Of a DNA stretch of 64,000 nt, positions 17,631 through 28,158 are shown one piece after another. Numbering within the stretch: the first letter of the stretch is position 1; each line of letters opens with the position of its first letter. Source of the DNA: Flavobacteriales bacterium (GTDB lineage: Bacteria; Bacteroidota; Bacteroidia; Flavobacteriales; BACL11). The DNA lies in NCBI GenBank assembly GCA_018647945.1, contig JABGSE010000083.1, forward strand, positions 2,638 to 66,637, in the 5' to 3' direction. Position numbers and translations under genes: made by a program. The notes beneath the pieces were generated by a model, which worked only from the letters and a program-made list of their open reading frames with translations, made no database searches and was not told the origin of the DNA.

Positions 17631-19472
17631 ATGTGTGGAATTGTAGCTTATGTAGGAGAACAAAAAGCCTATCCAATTATTATTAAGGGACTTCAACGAT
17701 TAGAGTACAGAGGTTACGACAGTGCTGGGGTAGCTCTTTTGGAAAACAAATCAATTGAAATACTAAAGCAAGCCGGTAAGGTTTCCGACTTGGAAAGTTA
17801 TGCTGCAAATAAAAACACTAATGGACATATTGGAATCGGGCATACGCGTTGGGCAACTCATGGAGTTCCAAATGAAATAAATGCTCATCCTCACAATTCA
17901 GGAGATGGAAAACTAGCTATTATCCACAATGGAATTATTGAAAACTATGATTCTCTTAAAAAAGCACTTCAAGAGAAAGGGCATCAGTTTGAAAGTGATA
18001 CCGATACTGAAGTTCTTATTCACTTGATTGAAGATATTAAAAATCATGAAAATTGTTCTTTGTTTGAAGCGGTAAGATTGGTCTTAAATGAAGTAATTGG
18101 AGCTTATGCAATTGTTGTGATTGAAAAGGGAACAACAGATGAATTTATTGCTGCCCGAAAAGGAAGTCCTCTTGTAATTGGTGTAGGGGAAGGGGAATAT
18201 TTTGTTGCTTCTGACGCATCTCCAATTATTGAATACACCCGAAATGTTGTGTATTTGGAAGATGGAGAAATTGCCAGAATAAATAAATCTGAAGAATTAG
18301 ATATAAAAACAATTTCCAATGTTAAGAAAACACCTTACATACATGAGTTGGAATTGAGTTTGGACTCTATTGAAAAAGGAGGGTTCTCTTCTTTTATGTT
18401 AAAAGAAATATTTGAACAACCTAAAAGTATAATTGATACTTTAAGAGGAAGAATTAACCCAACAACCAAAGAAATAACTTTAGGAGGGATTTTAAACTAT
18501 GAGCAAAAGATAATAAATGCTGATCGTATTATTATTGTTGCTTGTGGTACTTCATGGCATGCAGGACTCATTGGAGAGTATTTATTTGAGGATTTATCTC
18601 GAATATCTGTTGAGGTGGAGTACGCTTCTGAATTTAGATATCGTAATCCGATTATTAATAAAAATGATGTAGTATTAGCTATTTCACAATCAGGAGAAAC
18701 AGCAGATTCTTTAGCGGCTTTAGAATTAGCAAAAGAAAAAGGAGCTACTCTTTTGGGAATTTGTAATGTGGTCGGTTCTTCTATTCCTAGGTTAACCCAT
18801 GCTGGAAGTTATACCCATGCTGGGCCTGAAATTGGTGTGGCCTCAACTAAAGCATTTACTACTCAGATTATAGTACTTGCTTTAATGGCAATTAAAATGG
18901 CACATAAAAAAGGTACGATTACAATTAGTAAATATCATGAGATTATTACCGAACTTGAGCTCATTCCTGAGAAGATAGAAAAAATACTGAAGAAAAATGA
19001 TCAGATTGAGAAGATAGCAGAAAAATTTAAAAATGCAACAAACTTTTTGTATTTAGGAAGAGGGTATAATTTTCCTGTTGCTTTGGAAGGGGCCTTAAAA
19101 CTAAAAGAAATATCTTATATACATGCGGAAGGGTACCCCGCTGCTGAAATGAAGCACGGACCTATTGCTTTGATTGATGATAATATGCCAATTGTAGTTA
19201 TTGCAACTAAAAAAGGAAACTACGATAAGGTGGTGAGTAATATTCAAGAAGTAAAAGCAAGAGGAGGAAGATTAATTGCTATTGTTACAGAGGGCGATAA
19301 AACAGTTAAAGAATTAGCAGATTACTGCATTGAAGTTCCGGATAGTTTTGATGGATTATCTCCTTTACTAACTAATATTCCTTTGCAGTTATTATCTTAT
19401 CATATTGCATTGATGAGAGGCTGTAATGTTGATATGCCAAGAAATTTAGCAAAATCCGTTACCGTAGAGTAA
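17631..19472 (+). CDS. glmS: glutamine--fructose-6-phosphate aminotransferase
   Basis: MCGIVAY Ntn-Cys start, two SIS domains and the C-terminal KSVTVE. Confidence 0.97.
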   Translation: MCGIVAYVGEQKAYPIIIKGLQRLEYRGYDSAGVALLENKSIEILKQAGKVSDLESYAANKNTNGHIGIGHTRWATHGVPNEINAHPHNSGDGKLAIIHNGIIENYDSLKKALQEKGHQFESDTDTEVLIHLIEDIKNHENCSLFEAVRLVLNEVIGAYAIVVIEKGTTDEFIAARKGSPLVIGVGEGEYFVASDASPIIEYTRNVVYLEDGEIARINKSEELDIKTISNVKKTPYIHELELSLDSIEKGGFSSFMLKEIFEQPKSIIDTLRGRINPTTKEITLGGILNYEQKIINADRIIIVACGTSWHAGLIGEYLFEDLSRISVEVEYASEFRYRNPIINKNDVVLAISQSGETADSLAALELAKEKGATLLGICNVVGSSIPRLTHAGSYTHAGPEIGVASTKAFTTQIIVLALMAIKMAHKKGTITISKYHEIITELELIPEKIEKILKKNDQIEKIAEKFKNATNFLYLGRGYNFPVALEGALKLKEISYIHAEGYPAAEMKHGPIALIDDNMPIVVIATKKGNYDKVVSNIQEVKARGGRLIAIVTEGDKTVKELADYCIEVPDSFDGLSPLLTNIPLQLLSYHIALMRGCNVDMPRNLAKSVTVE

Positions 19473-19494
19473 GTAAAGGATTCTAGGTTAATCC

Positions 19495-19737
19495 CTATTC
19501 AGTTGGTTTGGTTACTTTGTAGTTAGTTTTTTGTCCATCATTATGGTGATGGTACTTTATTTTTTTAACATTTTCCAATTCAGAATGTTTAACACAATAT
19601 GTATTAACTGACTCTTTATTTTTTAAATAAAAAATTTCTTTGTAGTTCTCTTTTTCATACTTATGGAGTTTAAGTTTTATGTCTATTAGATGTCCACCAG
19701 AAATGAAGAAAGATATCCCAAATAATAATTTTAACAT
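19495..19737 (-). CDS. hypothetical small protein (80 aa), N-terminal hydrophobic segment, His-rich patch
   Basis: The ORF is the only evidence; it sits 9 nt downstream of the YwqK-like gene on the same strand. No family recognised. Confidence 0.35.
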   Translation of the reverse strand: MLKLLFGISFFISGGHLIDIKLKLHKYEKENYKEIFYLKNKESVNTYCVKHSELENVKKIKYHHHNDGQKTNYKVTKPTE

Positions 19738-19746
19738 ACTCTAAAA

Positions 19747-20163
19747 CTAACAACCTTCTCCCATGAGAAGTAATTTCCCGTCTCTATCATAGAATTTCAG
19801 TTCTTCAACGCCATCTATAATGATAGATTCACGTGTTAATTGACCATTTTCATTATAATATTTCCAGGTCCCATCTTTTCTACTATAACTTCCTGATTCA
19901 GTGTATTTGTAAGACCCATGACTATTTATTTGACCATCTTCAAAATAAGACATCCATACCCCTATCATCTTACCATTTTTATAAAATCCCTCACTCATTA
20001 AATTCCCGTTTTTATAGAAATATCTACATGAACCATCTCTAATTCCATCTAAATAATGTATTTGAGATAACACCTGACCATTATCCCAATATTCAATTTT
20101 TGTTTCACTCTTTCCAAATCCAATAAGTGGAATAATAAATAATATGAGTAGTAGTTTTTTCAT
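19747..20163 (-). CDS. MORN-repeat-variant (YwqK-family) exported protein
   Basis: Signal peptide, then repeated Y...NGQ..S/G.Y.DG.R.G units (YWDNGQVLSQIHYLDGIRDG, YKNGNLMSEGFYKNGKMIG). Confidence 0.7.
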   Translation of the reverse strand: MKKLLLILFIIPLIGFGKSETKIEYWDNGQVLSQIHYLDGIRDGSCRYFYKNGNLMSEGFYKNGKMIGVWMSYFEDGQINSHGSYKYTESGSYSRKDGTWKYYNENGQLTRESIIIDGVEELKFYDRDGKLLLMGEGC

Positions 20164-20176
20164 TAGAGCAAACTTA

Positions 20177-20184
20177 CAAAAATA
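20177..20184 (-). promoter_or_regulatory. -7 promoter box for the YwqK-like gene
   Basis: Reverse complement is TATTTTTG, 13 nt upstream of the ATG at 20163. Confidence 0.35.
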
Positions 20185-20188
20185 TAAT

Positions 20189-21730
20189 TTAATGATTTAG
20201 AAGCTCTAAGGCCTTACTAATATAGTCGTCATTCTGGATAAGTATTTTTCGGTAAACTTCCTCTCCCCAAATACTTCTGGCAACTTTTGCTTTTAAAAAG
20301 TTTTTTAAATAATCCTCTTGCATTGTGTTTAGAGTAAAATCAAAGTCCTTGTCTTTTTCACTTACAAATTTTACAAAATCAGTATAAATTCCTTTTTCAA
20401 ACGGCTGCTTTTCAAATACTTTATAGTCTTCTCCAATTTTATTGATGACCGATTTTTTCTCAATCAAACAAAATTCTTCAATCCATCCAAACACATAATT
20501 TATCTTTGTAAAAGTCATATTTGTATCCTTAACAATTACAATATCTGGAGTAATTCCACCTCCACCATAAACTACTTTTCCGCTCTTAGTTTCAAATTTT
20601 AGGGAGTCCGGATAACTTTCATTCTCCTCTCTTGTGAATTGTTCCAAATAATACTCCTTATCACTTGCTCCGTAAGGTTTTTGTATACATCTCCCTACGG
20701 GAGTGTAATATCGTTGTGTAGTTACTCTCACTGCAGAACCATCTGCAAGTTTTACTTCTTCTTGTACCAATCCTTTTCCAAAAGATCTTTTCCCTATAAT
20801 TGTTGCTCTGTCGTTATCTTGCATACAACCCGCTACAATTTCAGAGGCAGAAGCAGATCCGTCATCTATCAAGATAATCAATTCAATATTTTTTAAATTT
20901 CCTTCCTCATCCGAATATACATTTTCTCTTTTTCTGTTTCTACCTTCTGTGTAAACAATCAGATTATCATCTTCCAAAAATTCATTACACATATAAATTG
21001 CCGCATGTAAATAACCTCCTCCATTTCCTCTCAAATCCAAAATTAGTTTTTGCATTCCATTTTGCAATAATTTTACAGAAGCTTCATAAAATTCTCTGTT
21101 GGTAGTAGCCGCAAATCTGTTTACTTTTATGTAACCAATATTTTCCTCCAAAATAAAGGAAGCGTCTACACTATAAAGGGGAATGTCTCCTCTTACTATA
21201 TCGTATTCTATCAGATTTTCAGAACCTCTTCTTTTAATTTTTACATTTACTTTGGAATCTTTCTCTCCTCTTAATCTGTCAATCACTCCATTATTATCAA
21301 TCCCAATTCCCGCAATATTTTCATCCTCCACCTCTACTATCCTGTCCCCCGATTTTATTCCTAACTTTTCAGATGGACCCCCAGAAATAGGAGTAATTAC
21401 AACAATGGTATCTTCAATAATATTGAACTCAATTCCTACTCCGCTAAAACTTCCGTTCATTGTTGCTTCCTGATAAGAAAATTCTTTTTTACTAACATAT
21501 ACAGAATGAGGGTCAAGCTCTCTCATTATTGAGTTTATCACTTTTTCCTCAAATTCCTCAAGATTTAGAGCATCTACATAGTTGTCATCTATTAGTTGAA
21601 GGATGGCATTTACTTTTGCTTTACTTTTGTAATTTTCTGTTTCAGAATTGTTTATTACTTTACTTCCTAGTACAATTCCAATAAGAAGAATTAGAGAATA
21701 TATTATGGGTTGATAATTTTTATTTTGCAT
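20189..21730 (-). CDS. S41 carboxy-terminal processing peptidase
   Basis: PDZ region (GIKSGDRIVEVE) and S41 motifs LILDLRGNGGGYL and GSASASEIVAG. Confidence 0.9.
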   Translation of the reverse strand: MQNKNYQPIIYSLILLIGIVLGSKVINNSETENYKSKAKVNAILQLIDDNYVDALNLEEFEEKVINSIMRELDPHSVYVSKKEFSYQEATMNGSFSGVGIEFNIIEDTIVVITPISGGPSEKLGIKSGDRIVEVEDENIAGIGIDNNGVIDRLRGEKDSKVNVKIKRRGSENLIEYDIVRGDIPLYSVDASFILEENIGYIKVNRFAATTNREFYEASVKLLQNGMQKLILDLRGNGGGYLHAAIYMCNEFLEDDNLIVYTEGRNRKRENVYSDEEGNLKNIELIILIDDGSASASEIVAGCMQDNDRATIIGKRSFGKGLVQEEVKLADGSAVRVTTQRYYTPVGRCIQKPYGASDKEYYLEQFTREENESYPDSLKFETKSGKVVYGGGGITPDIVIVKDTNMTFTKINYVFGWIEEFCLIEKKSVINKIGEDYKVFEKQPFEKGIYTDFVKFVSEKDKDFDFTLNTMQEDYLKNFLKAKVARSIWGEEVYRKILIQNDDYISKALELLNH

Positions 21731-22160
21731 ACAATTCTGATTCCAACATATGTTTTATTTCAACTCCTGCAGTTTTAAGAAAATCAACCCCAGATGTGTC
21801 TTTGTATTCATTAATATAAACCAATCTTTTTATTCCAGATTGATGAATCAGTTTACTACAATCCCTACAAGGCGACATTGTTAAATATAAGGTAGATCCC
21901 GTGCAATCGTGAGTAGATCCAGCTGTTTTCAGAATGGCATTTGCCTCAGCGTGCAAAACATACCACTGAGTTTCTCCTTCTTCATTTTCACAACAATTGT
22001 CAAATCCAGATGGAGTTCCATTGTATCCGTCCGAAATAATCATTCTGTTTTTTACAATAATAGCTCCTACTTTTTTTCTGCTGCAATGGGATAGTTTTGC
22101 CCATTCCAAAGCCATTCTCAAATAAGCGCAGTCGTATCTGCTTTGTTTTTTTTCTGTCAT
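21720..22160 (-). CDS. deoxycytidylate (dCMP) deaminase
   Basis: Zinc motifs HAEANAI and SPCRDCSKLI; 146 aa. Confidence 0.9.
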   Translation of the reverse strand: MTEKKQSRYDCAYLRMALEWAKLSHCSRKKVGAIIVKNRMIISDGYNGTPSGFDNCCENEEGETQWYVLHAEANAILKTAGSTHDCTGSTLYLTMSPCRDCSKLIHQSGIKRLVYINEYKDTSGVDFLKTAGVEIKHMLESELYAK

Positions 22161-22168
22161 TTTTTATT

Positions 22169-22756
22169 TTAAAAATCCATAAAAGCCATTTTGGAAATGT
22201 ACTTTCCAACTATATCAAATTCAATATTTACAATACTGTCAACTTCAATTTTATTAAAATTTGTATTTTCAAATGTGTAAGGAATTACCGCAACCGAAAA
22301 ATGATTGTCCCCCGAATTTACCACTGTCAAACTCACTCCATTTACACAAACTGAACCTTTTTCTACTGTAATATTATCCAATTGCTTGTGTTTAAATGTA
22401 AATATCCAAGAACCATTTTCCTCTACTATTTTTGTGCATTTTGCTTTCTGATCTACATGTCCTTGTACAATATGGCCATCCAATCTGTCTCCTACTTTCA
22501 TGCTTCTTTCTAGGTTTACCTTATCTCCAATTTCCAGAAGTCCAATATTACTTTTCTCTAAAGTTTCCTTTATTGCTGTTACGGTATAAATATTTCCATC
22601 AATATCAACAACAGTTAAACACACTCCATTATGAGAAACAGATTGGTCAATCTTAAACTCATTTGCAATGTCCGATTTCAAACTAATATTTATGTTACTC
22701 CCCTGATTTTCCAAGGAAACAACTTCTGCCAAAGTTTCAATTATTCCTGTAAACAT
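22169..22756 (-). CDS. ribE: riboflavin synthase alpha chain
   Basis: MFTGIIE start and a duplicated lumazine-binding half (GVCLTV / GVSLTV). Confidence 0.95.
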   Translation of the reverse strand: MFTGIIETLAEVVSLENQGSNINISLKSDIANEFKIDQSVSHNGVCLTVVDIDGNIYTVTAIKETLEKSNIGLLEIGDKVNLERSMKVGDRLDGHIVQGHVDQKAKCTKIVEENGSWIFTFKHKQLDNITVEKGSVCVNGVSLTVVNSGDNHFSVAVIPYTFENTNFNKIEVDSIVNIEFDIVGKYISKMAFMDF

Positions 22757-22758
22757 AT

Positions 22759-23883
22759 TTAGTAATCAATTAATTGTTGTTCCATATTTTCTGGAATTTC
22801 TCTAAAATCATATTCTTGCGTTCTTAGTTGAGGTGCAAATCCTGCTTTCGAAATACACTCTTGTATAGAATCTGCCGTAAATCGGTGAGGAGCTCCCGCT
22901 GCAGAAACCACATTTTCCTCAATCATAATAGAACCCATATCATTTGCCCCACCATGCAAACTAAGTTGAGCAGTATTTGCTCCAACAGTAAGCCAGGAAG
23001 TTTGAATATTTTTAATATTCGGTAACATAATTCTACTCATGGCAATCATTTTTAAGTATTCATCAGAAGTTATCTCATTGTTGATTCCTTTCACCCTTTG
23101 CAAAAGTGTTCCATCATCCATAAATGGCCATGGGATAAATGCATTGAATCCTTTTGCATTTTCTGGTTTTTCACTTTGTACCTCACGGAGCCAAACCAAA
23201 TGTTCAAATCTTTCCTGAATTGTTTCAATATGACCAAACATCATGGTTGCAGAAGTAGTTAGGTTTAACTTATGAGCTGCTCTCATCACATCCAACCACT
23301 CACTTCCTGTACATTTTCCTTTGGAAATTAATCGTCTTACTCTGTCGTGTAAAATTTCTGCTCCCGCTCCTGGCAAACTGTCCATTCCCGATTTTTTAAG
23401 TGCAGTTAGTGCTTCTGTATGGCTGATTCCATCTATCTTACAAATATGCGCAACTTCTGGAGGTCCCAATGCGTGTAGTTTTATCTGAGGATATAATGAT
23501 TTTAATTCACTAAACAGATTGGTATAAAACTCCAATCCTAATTTTGGGTGATGTCCTCCCTGTAAAAGGAGCTGATCTCCACCATATTTTATGGTTTCCT
23601 CAATTTTTACTTTGTATTGTTCAATTTCTGTAACATAAACTTCTTCATGTTTCGGATGACGGAAAAAATTACAAAACTTACAATTTGCTGTGCACGCATT
23701 TGTAGTATTTACATTTCTATCAATCTGCCAAGTAACTATATTTCCTGGAACAACTTTTTGCCTGAGCTCATTTGCAACCCACATCAAATCAGATGTTGCA
23801 ATATTCTCAAACATAAACTGACCTTGCTCCGCAGTTAAAAACTCCCGACTCAATGCTTTTTCTATAAGCTGCTGTTTATTCAT
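22759..23883 (-). CDS. radical SAM protein of the CofH/MqnC/MqnE family (futalosine-pathway-like)
   Basis: CTANCKFCNF radical-SAM cluster and GGDQLLLQGG. I moved the start to M10 (23883) because a TATTTTTG box (23908-23915) lies inside the longer ORF, which starts at 23910. Confidence 0.6.
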   Translation of the reverse strand: MNKQQLIEKALSREFLTAEQGQFMFENIATSDLMWVANELRQKVVPGNIVTWQIDRNVNTTNACTANCKFCNFFRHPKHEEVYVTEIEQYKVKIEETIKYGGDQLLLQGGHHPKLGLEFYTNLFSELKSLYPQIKLHALGPPEVAHICKIDGISHTEALTALKKSGMDSLPGAGAEILHDRVRRLISKGKCTGSEWLDVMRAAHKLNLTTSATMMFGHIETIQERFEHLVWLREVQSEKPENAKGFNAFIPWPFMDDGTLLQRVKGINNEITSDEYLKMIAMSRIMLPNIKNIQTSWLTVGANTAQLSLHGGANDMGSIMIEENVVSAAGAPHRFTADSIQECISKAGFAPQLRTQEYDFREIPENMEQQLIDY

Positions 23884-23892
23884 AAAATTAAC

Positions 23893-23900
23893 TAAATTTG
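23893..23900 (+). promoter_or_regulatory. -7 promoter box for pepA
   Basis: TAAATTTG, 22 nt upstream of the ATG at 23923. Confidence 0.4.
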
Positions 23901-23907
23901 TGGTCTC

Positions 23908-23915
23908 CAAAAATA
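23908..23915 (-). promoter_or_regulatory. -7 promoter box for the radical SAM-ribE-dCMP deaminase-S41 operon
   Basis: Reverse complement is TATTTTTG, 24 nt upstream of the ATG at 23883. Confidence 0.4.
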
Positions 23916-23922
23916 CATAAAT

Positions 23923-25341
23923 ATGAAGACAAACATAAAAAGAAAAACAACAATTTCCGAAAAAGATAATCTGATTTTAGTTTGCAATAAAAAAACTGAT
24001 TTAAAATTCCTTTCTCTATCTAAAAAAGAGAGTGATTTTATAAAATCTGAACTGAAAAATAAAAAAGAAATTGTTAAAATAAATCTGTACAACAGATTAC
24101 TTTTTATTATTTGTCCAAAAGAAGATAAAAATTGTAATGCTCATATTGAAAATTGCCGAATTTTAGGAGATAAAGTTTGTTCTCAATTGGAAGATTCAAA
24201 GTCAGTAATTATTATTGATACTGAAGACCAGCCTTTTATTGCATTATCAATTGCTGAAGGATTAGCTCTCGGGAATTATACTTTTACAAAACATAAAACC
24301 AAGGCCGATCCCAATAAATTGGAAACAATTTACATGTGTAAAAACTCGACCAAAAAAAATGTTGAAGAATTACAAAATATAGTTGACTCTGTTTATTTAA
24401 CAAGAGATTTAGTAAATGAGCCATTTTCTCATCTTACGGCAACCGATTTAGCAAATCAAGCTAAAAAAGCAGGGAAGAGTTCTGGATTTAAAACAACTGT
24501 TTTCAATAAAAAGAAAATTGAATCCTTAAAAATGGGAGGACTTTTGGCGGTAAATAAAGGAAGTATTGATGATCCAACTTTCACCATTATGGAATGGAAA
24601 CCAAAAAATGCTAAAAACAAAAAACCAATGGTTTTGGTTGGGAAAGGAATTGTGTACGATACTGGAGGATTGAGTTTAAAACCAACTGCCAACTCTATGG
24701 ATTTAATGAAAATTGATATGGGAGGAGCAGGAACAGTTATTGGAGCTATGAAGGCTATTTCTTCTAACAAACTTCCAGTACATGTAATTGCTTTGGTGCC
24801 AGCAACGGATAACAGACCATCTGGAAACGCGTACGCTCCAGGAGATATAATTACAATGCATGATGGGACTTCTGTTGAAGTATTAAATACTGATGCTGAA
24901 GGCAGATTAGTTCTTGCAGATGCTCTTTCTTATGCTAAGAAATTCAATCCTGAATTGGTCATTGACTTAGCTACTTTAACAGGAGCTGCAGTTGCTGCAA
25001 TTGGTCATTATGGTTTTGTAAGTATGCATGAAAATGCTGAAAAAGAACATGCAGAACTAAAAGAGGTTGGCGATATAGTTCATGAAAGATTAGCTGAATT
25101 TCCTTTTTGGTCAGATTATGATGAATTAATAAAATCGGATATTGCAGATATTAAAAATTTGGGAGGACCATATGGAGGAGCTATTACAGCTGGTAAATTC
25201 TTAGCTCATTTTGTGGACTATCCTTTTATTCATATCGATTTACCAGGAGTTTACGCAAAATCAAAATATGGATACAGAGGAAAAGGAGCGACAGGAATGG
25301 GAGTTAGATTACTTTATCATTTTATAAAAAATAGATACTAA
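23923..25341 (+). CDS. pepA: leucyl aminopeptidase (M17)
   Basis: Motifs VGKGIVYDTGGLSLKP and NTDAEGRLVLAD. Confidence 0.9.
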   Translation: MKTNIKRKTTISEKDNLILVCNKKTDLKFLSLSKKESDFIKSELKNKKEIVKINLYNRLLFIICPKEDKNCNAHIENCRILGDKVCSQLEDSKSVIIIDTEDQPFIALSIAEGLALGNYTFTKHKTKADPNKLETIYMCKNSTKKNVEELQNIVDSVYLTRDLVNEPFSHLTATDLANQAKKAGKSSGFKTTVFNKKKIESLKMGGLLAVNKGSIDDPTFTIMEWKPKNAKNKKPMVLVGKGIVYDTGGLSLKPTANSMDLMKIDMGGAGTVIGAMKAISSNKLPVHVIALVPATDNRPSGNAYAPGDIITMHDGTSVEVLNTDAEGRLVLADALSYAKKFNPELVIDLATLTGAAVAAIGHYGFVSMHENAEKEHAELKEVGDIVHERLAEFPFWSDYDELIKSDIADIKNLGGPYGGAITAGKFLAHFVDYPFIHIDLPGVYAKSKYGYRGKGATGMGVRLLYHFIKNRY

Positions 25342-26381
25342 TGAAAGAGTACAGAAAAAAAATAAGAGTTGGGATTTCCGTTGGAGATTTGAATGGGATT
25401 GGAATGGAAGTAATTATTAAAACTTTTTTAGACAACAGGATGATGGAATTGTGTACTCCCATTATTTTTGGATCTTCCAAAACCGCATCTTACCACCGAA
25501 AATTATTGGATGTAAATAACTTTAGTTTTAATATTATCAATTCTTTTAAGGATGTAAACGACAAAAGAGCAAACCTAATAAATTGTTGGGAAGAAGATCT
25601 GAAATTAGAAATTGGAGAACCTTCAGAAGAAGTAGGGAAATACGCATATCTATCTTTGGAAAAAGCAACTAAAGCATTAAAAGATGATGAAATTGACGTT
25701 TTGGTAACCGCTCCAATAAATAAATCGACAATTAAAAAACAACACGATAATTTTATTGGTCATACTGAATATCTGGAACAAAATTTTGAAGGTAATTCTG
25801 TAATGATGATGGTAAGTAGTAATATGAAAATTGCTTTTGTCACATCTCATGTTCCTCTTTCGGAAGTTTCAACTTTACTTTCAAAAGAAAAAATTATTGA
25901 TAAATTAAAAAGTATCAATTCTACTTTAATTCAAGATTTTGGGATACGAAAACCAAAAATTGCAGTTATCGGGCTCAATCCGCATGCAGGAGAAGAAGGG
26001 ATGCTAGGAAAAGAGGAAGGAGATATTATCATTCCGGCAATAAATGAAGCAACTGAAAAGGAAAATATTTTATCATTTGGACCTTATGCTGCTGATAGTT
26101 TTTTTACTCCAAATAATTTATCAAAATTTGACGCTATTCTCTCCATGTATCACGATCAAGGATTAACACCTTTTAAAACACTATCTTTTTCTGAAGGAGT
26201 AAATTACACTTCCGGACTCTCTATTGTCAGAACCTCTCCTGTGCATGGTACTGCTTACGATATTGCAGGAAAAAACTGTGCTGACGAACAATCTTTCCGA
26301 GAATCTGTCTATTTATCTTGCGAAATAGTGAAGAAAAGAAGGGTGAATTTTCAGTTAAAATCTACCTCTTTAAATAATTAA
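25341..26381 (+). CDS. pdxA: 4-hydroxythreonine-4-phosphate dehydrogenase
   Basis: Motifs GLNPHAGEEG and SPVHGTAYDIAGK. The start overlaps the pepA stop as TAATG. Confidence 0.9.
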   Translation: MKEYRKKIRVGISVGDLNGIGMEVIIKTFLDNRMMELCTPIIFGSSKTASYHRKLLDVNNFSFNIINSFKDVNDKRANLINCWEEDLKLEIGEPSEEVGKYAYLSLEKATKALKDDEIDVLVTAPINKSTIKKQHDNFIGHTEYLEQNFEGNSVMMMVSSNMKIAFVTSHVPLSEVSTLLSKEKIIDKLKSINSTLIQDFGIRKPKIAVIGLNPHAGEEGMLGKEEGDIIIPAINEATEKENILSFGPYAADSFFTPNNLSKFDAILSMYHDQGLTPFKTLSFSEGVNYTSGLSIVRTSPVHGTAYDIAGKNCADEQSFRESVYLSCEIVKKRRVNFQLKSTSLNN

Positions 26382-26425
26382 ACTACACAAGATTAGTATT
26401 CTTATTGCATTATCATAAAAATTAA

Positions 26426-26433
26426 TATCTTTG
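26426..26433 (+). promoter_or_regulatory. -7 promoter box for the DUF177-rpmF-plsX-fabH cluster
   Basis: TATCTTTG, 21 nt upstream of the ATG at 26455. Confidence 0.45.
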
Positions 26434-26454
26434 CCAACTATTAAAAATTGAAAA

Positions 26455-26970
26455 ATGCTCAATTATTGTATCCGTTTATCAGGTATTAAAGATGGAAATC
26501 ACGAGTATTCTTTTGTTGTTAATAATCAGTTCTTTGACGCTTTTGAACAATCTGAAATAACAAATGCCAAATTTGAGGTAATTATAATACTGAAAAAGGA
26601 AGGAAAAAAGATGAATTTATCTTTCAATATTGATGGTATTATTACAAATTTTAATTGCGATTTATGTGCATCTGCTTTGGAAATCCCAATTTCAACTTCA
26701 CTTTCTATAATTTTGCAAGAAACAGAAAATGAAATGGAAGATACTGATGAGATTTTATATATCCATCCAAATCAGTGCGAAATTGATGTTAGTCATCTTA
26801 TTTTTGAAGTTATTAGTTTAGCTATTCCTTCAAAAAGAGAACACAATTCAGAATCAGGAGTTCAATGTGATAAAGAAATGATGGTATTATTAGAACAATA
26901 TGCCGAAAAAGAAGAAAAAATAGATCCCAGATGGGAAGTATTAAATAAATTAAAAGATTTAAAAAATTAG
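26455..26970 (+). CDS. DUF177 (YceD-family) protein
   Basis: 171 aa immediately upstream of rpmF, which is the conserved synteny. Acidic, with a Cys pair. Confidence 0.7.
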   Translation: MLNYCIRLSGIKDGNHEYSFVVNNQFFDAFEQSEITNAKFEVIIILKKEGKKMNLSFNIDGIITNFNCDLCASALEIPISTSLSIILQETENEMEDTDEILYIHPNQCEIDVSHLIFEVISLAIPSKREHNSESGVQCDKEMMVLLEQYAEKEEKIDPRWEVLNKLKDLKN

Positions 26971-26973
26971 AAA

Positions 26974-27159
26974 ATGGCGCATCCTAAAAGAAAAATTTCT
27001 AAAACCAGAAGAGATAAAAGAAGAACCCATTACAAAGCTTCTGAAACAACTATGTATTCTTGTCCTAATTGTGCTAATCCAGTAGCATACCACAGAGTGT
27101 GTGAGGAATGTGGTCAGTACAGGGGGAAACAGGCTATTGAGAAACAAGTATCCATATAA
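26974..27159 (+). CDS. rpmF: 50S ribosomal protein L32
   Basis: MAHPKRKISKTRRDKRR start and the CPNC...CEEC zinc ribbon. Confidence 0.95.
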   Translation: MAHPKRKISKTRRDKRRTHYKASETTMYSCPNCANPVAYHRVCEECGQYRGKQAIEKQVSI

Positions 27160-27219
27160 TTCAAGTCTTAAAAAGATTTTTGTAGTTTTATCCACCAAAA
27201 TAAAACTATAAAATTGTAG

Positions 27220-28158
27220 ATGAGAATTGGTATAGATATAATGGGGGGAGATTTTGCTCCTCAAAAAACGGTTCATGGCGCAATACTTGCACAAAAAGAA
27301 TTGACTGAAGGAACATCAATTGTTCTTTTTGGAGACAAAAATAAAATCCTTTTTCAACTAAAGTTACATAATATTTCAGAATATTTTTTCGAAATTGTGG
27401 ATTGCAAAGATGTCATTGGTATGGGAGAACATGCTGTAAAAGCATTTAAACAAAAACCAAATTCAAGCATATCGGTAGGTTTCCACTACCTTTCTACTGG
27501 TAAAATTGATGGGTTTGCCTCTGCTGGAAATACAGGAGCAATGTTTGTGGGAGGATTTTACTCTGTAAAAGCAATTAGCGGAGTTATCAGACCCTGTATT
27601 TCTACGGTACTACCTAAAGAAGACGGAGGAGTTGGAGTATTATTAGATGTTGGAGCAAATGCCGATTGTAAAGCAGATGTTTTATATCAATTTGGTATTT
27701 TAGGTTCTCTTTTTGCACAACATGTTTGCGGAATTAAAAATCCTAAAGTTGGACTACTTAACCTAGGGGAAGAAAAAACAAAAGGGAATTTACTAACACA
27801 AGCTTCTCACGAAATGATGGAGGGGAGTAAAGATTATAATTTTATTGGTAATATTGAAGGTAGGGATATTTTTGAAGATCATTCGGATGTAATTGTCTGT
27901 GATGGTTTTACTGGAAATATTGTACTAAAAGAAGCGGAGGCTTTTTATAAGATTATAAAAAAGAGAGGATTGGAAGATGAGTATTTCAAGAGATTTAATT
28001 ACGAAAACTATGGAGGAACTCCAATTTTAGGATTAAACAAAACTGTAATAATAGGGCATGGAATTTCAAATGAGATAGCAATAAAAAACATGATTACACT
28101 TACCAAAGATGTAGTGGAAGCAGATTTGGCAACAAAAATTAAAGAAACTTTAAACTAA
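27220..28158 (+). CDS. plsX: phosphate acyltransferase
   Basis: [11 protein letters not shown] start and FASAGNTGA motif. Confidence 0.95.
   Translation: MRIGIDIMGGDFAPQKTVHGAILAQKELTEGTSIVLFGDKNKILFQLKLHNISEYFFEIVDCKDVIGMGEHAVKAFKQKPNSSISVGFHYLSTGKIDGFASAGNTGAMFVGGFYSVKAISGVIRPCISTVLPKEDGGVGVLLDVGANADCKADVLYQFGILGSLFAQHVCGIKNPKVGLLNLGEEKTKGNLLTQASHEMMEGSKDYNFIGNIEGRDIFEDHSDVIVCDGFTGNIVLKEAEAFYKIIKKRGLEDEYFKRFNYENYGGTPILGLNKTVIIGHGISNEIAIKNMITLTKDVVEADLATKIKETLN

Noticed and set aside
27183-27208. 9-bp inverted repeat TAGTTTTAT...ATAAAACTA between rpmF and plsX
   Set aside because: The stem is almost entirely A/T (a single G-C pair) with an 8-nt loop and no T-run. It is too weak to call a terminator or attenuator.
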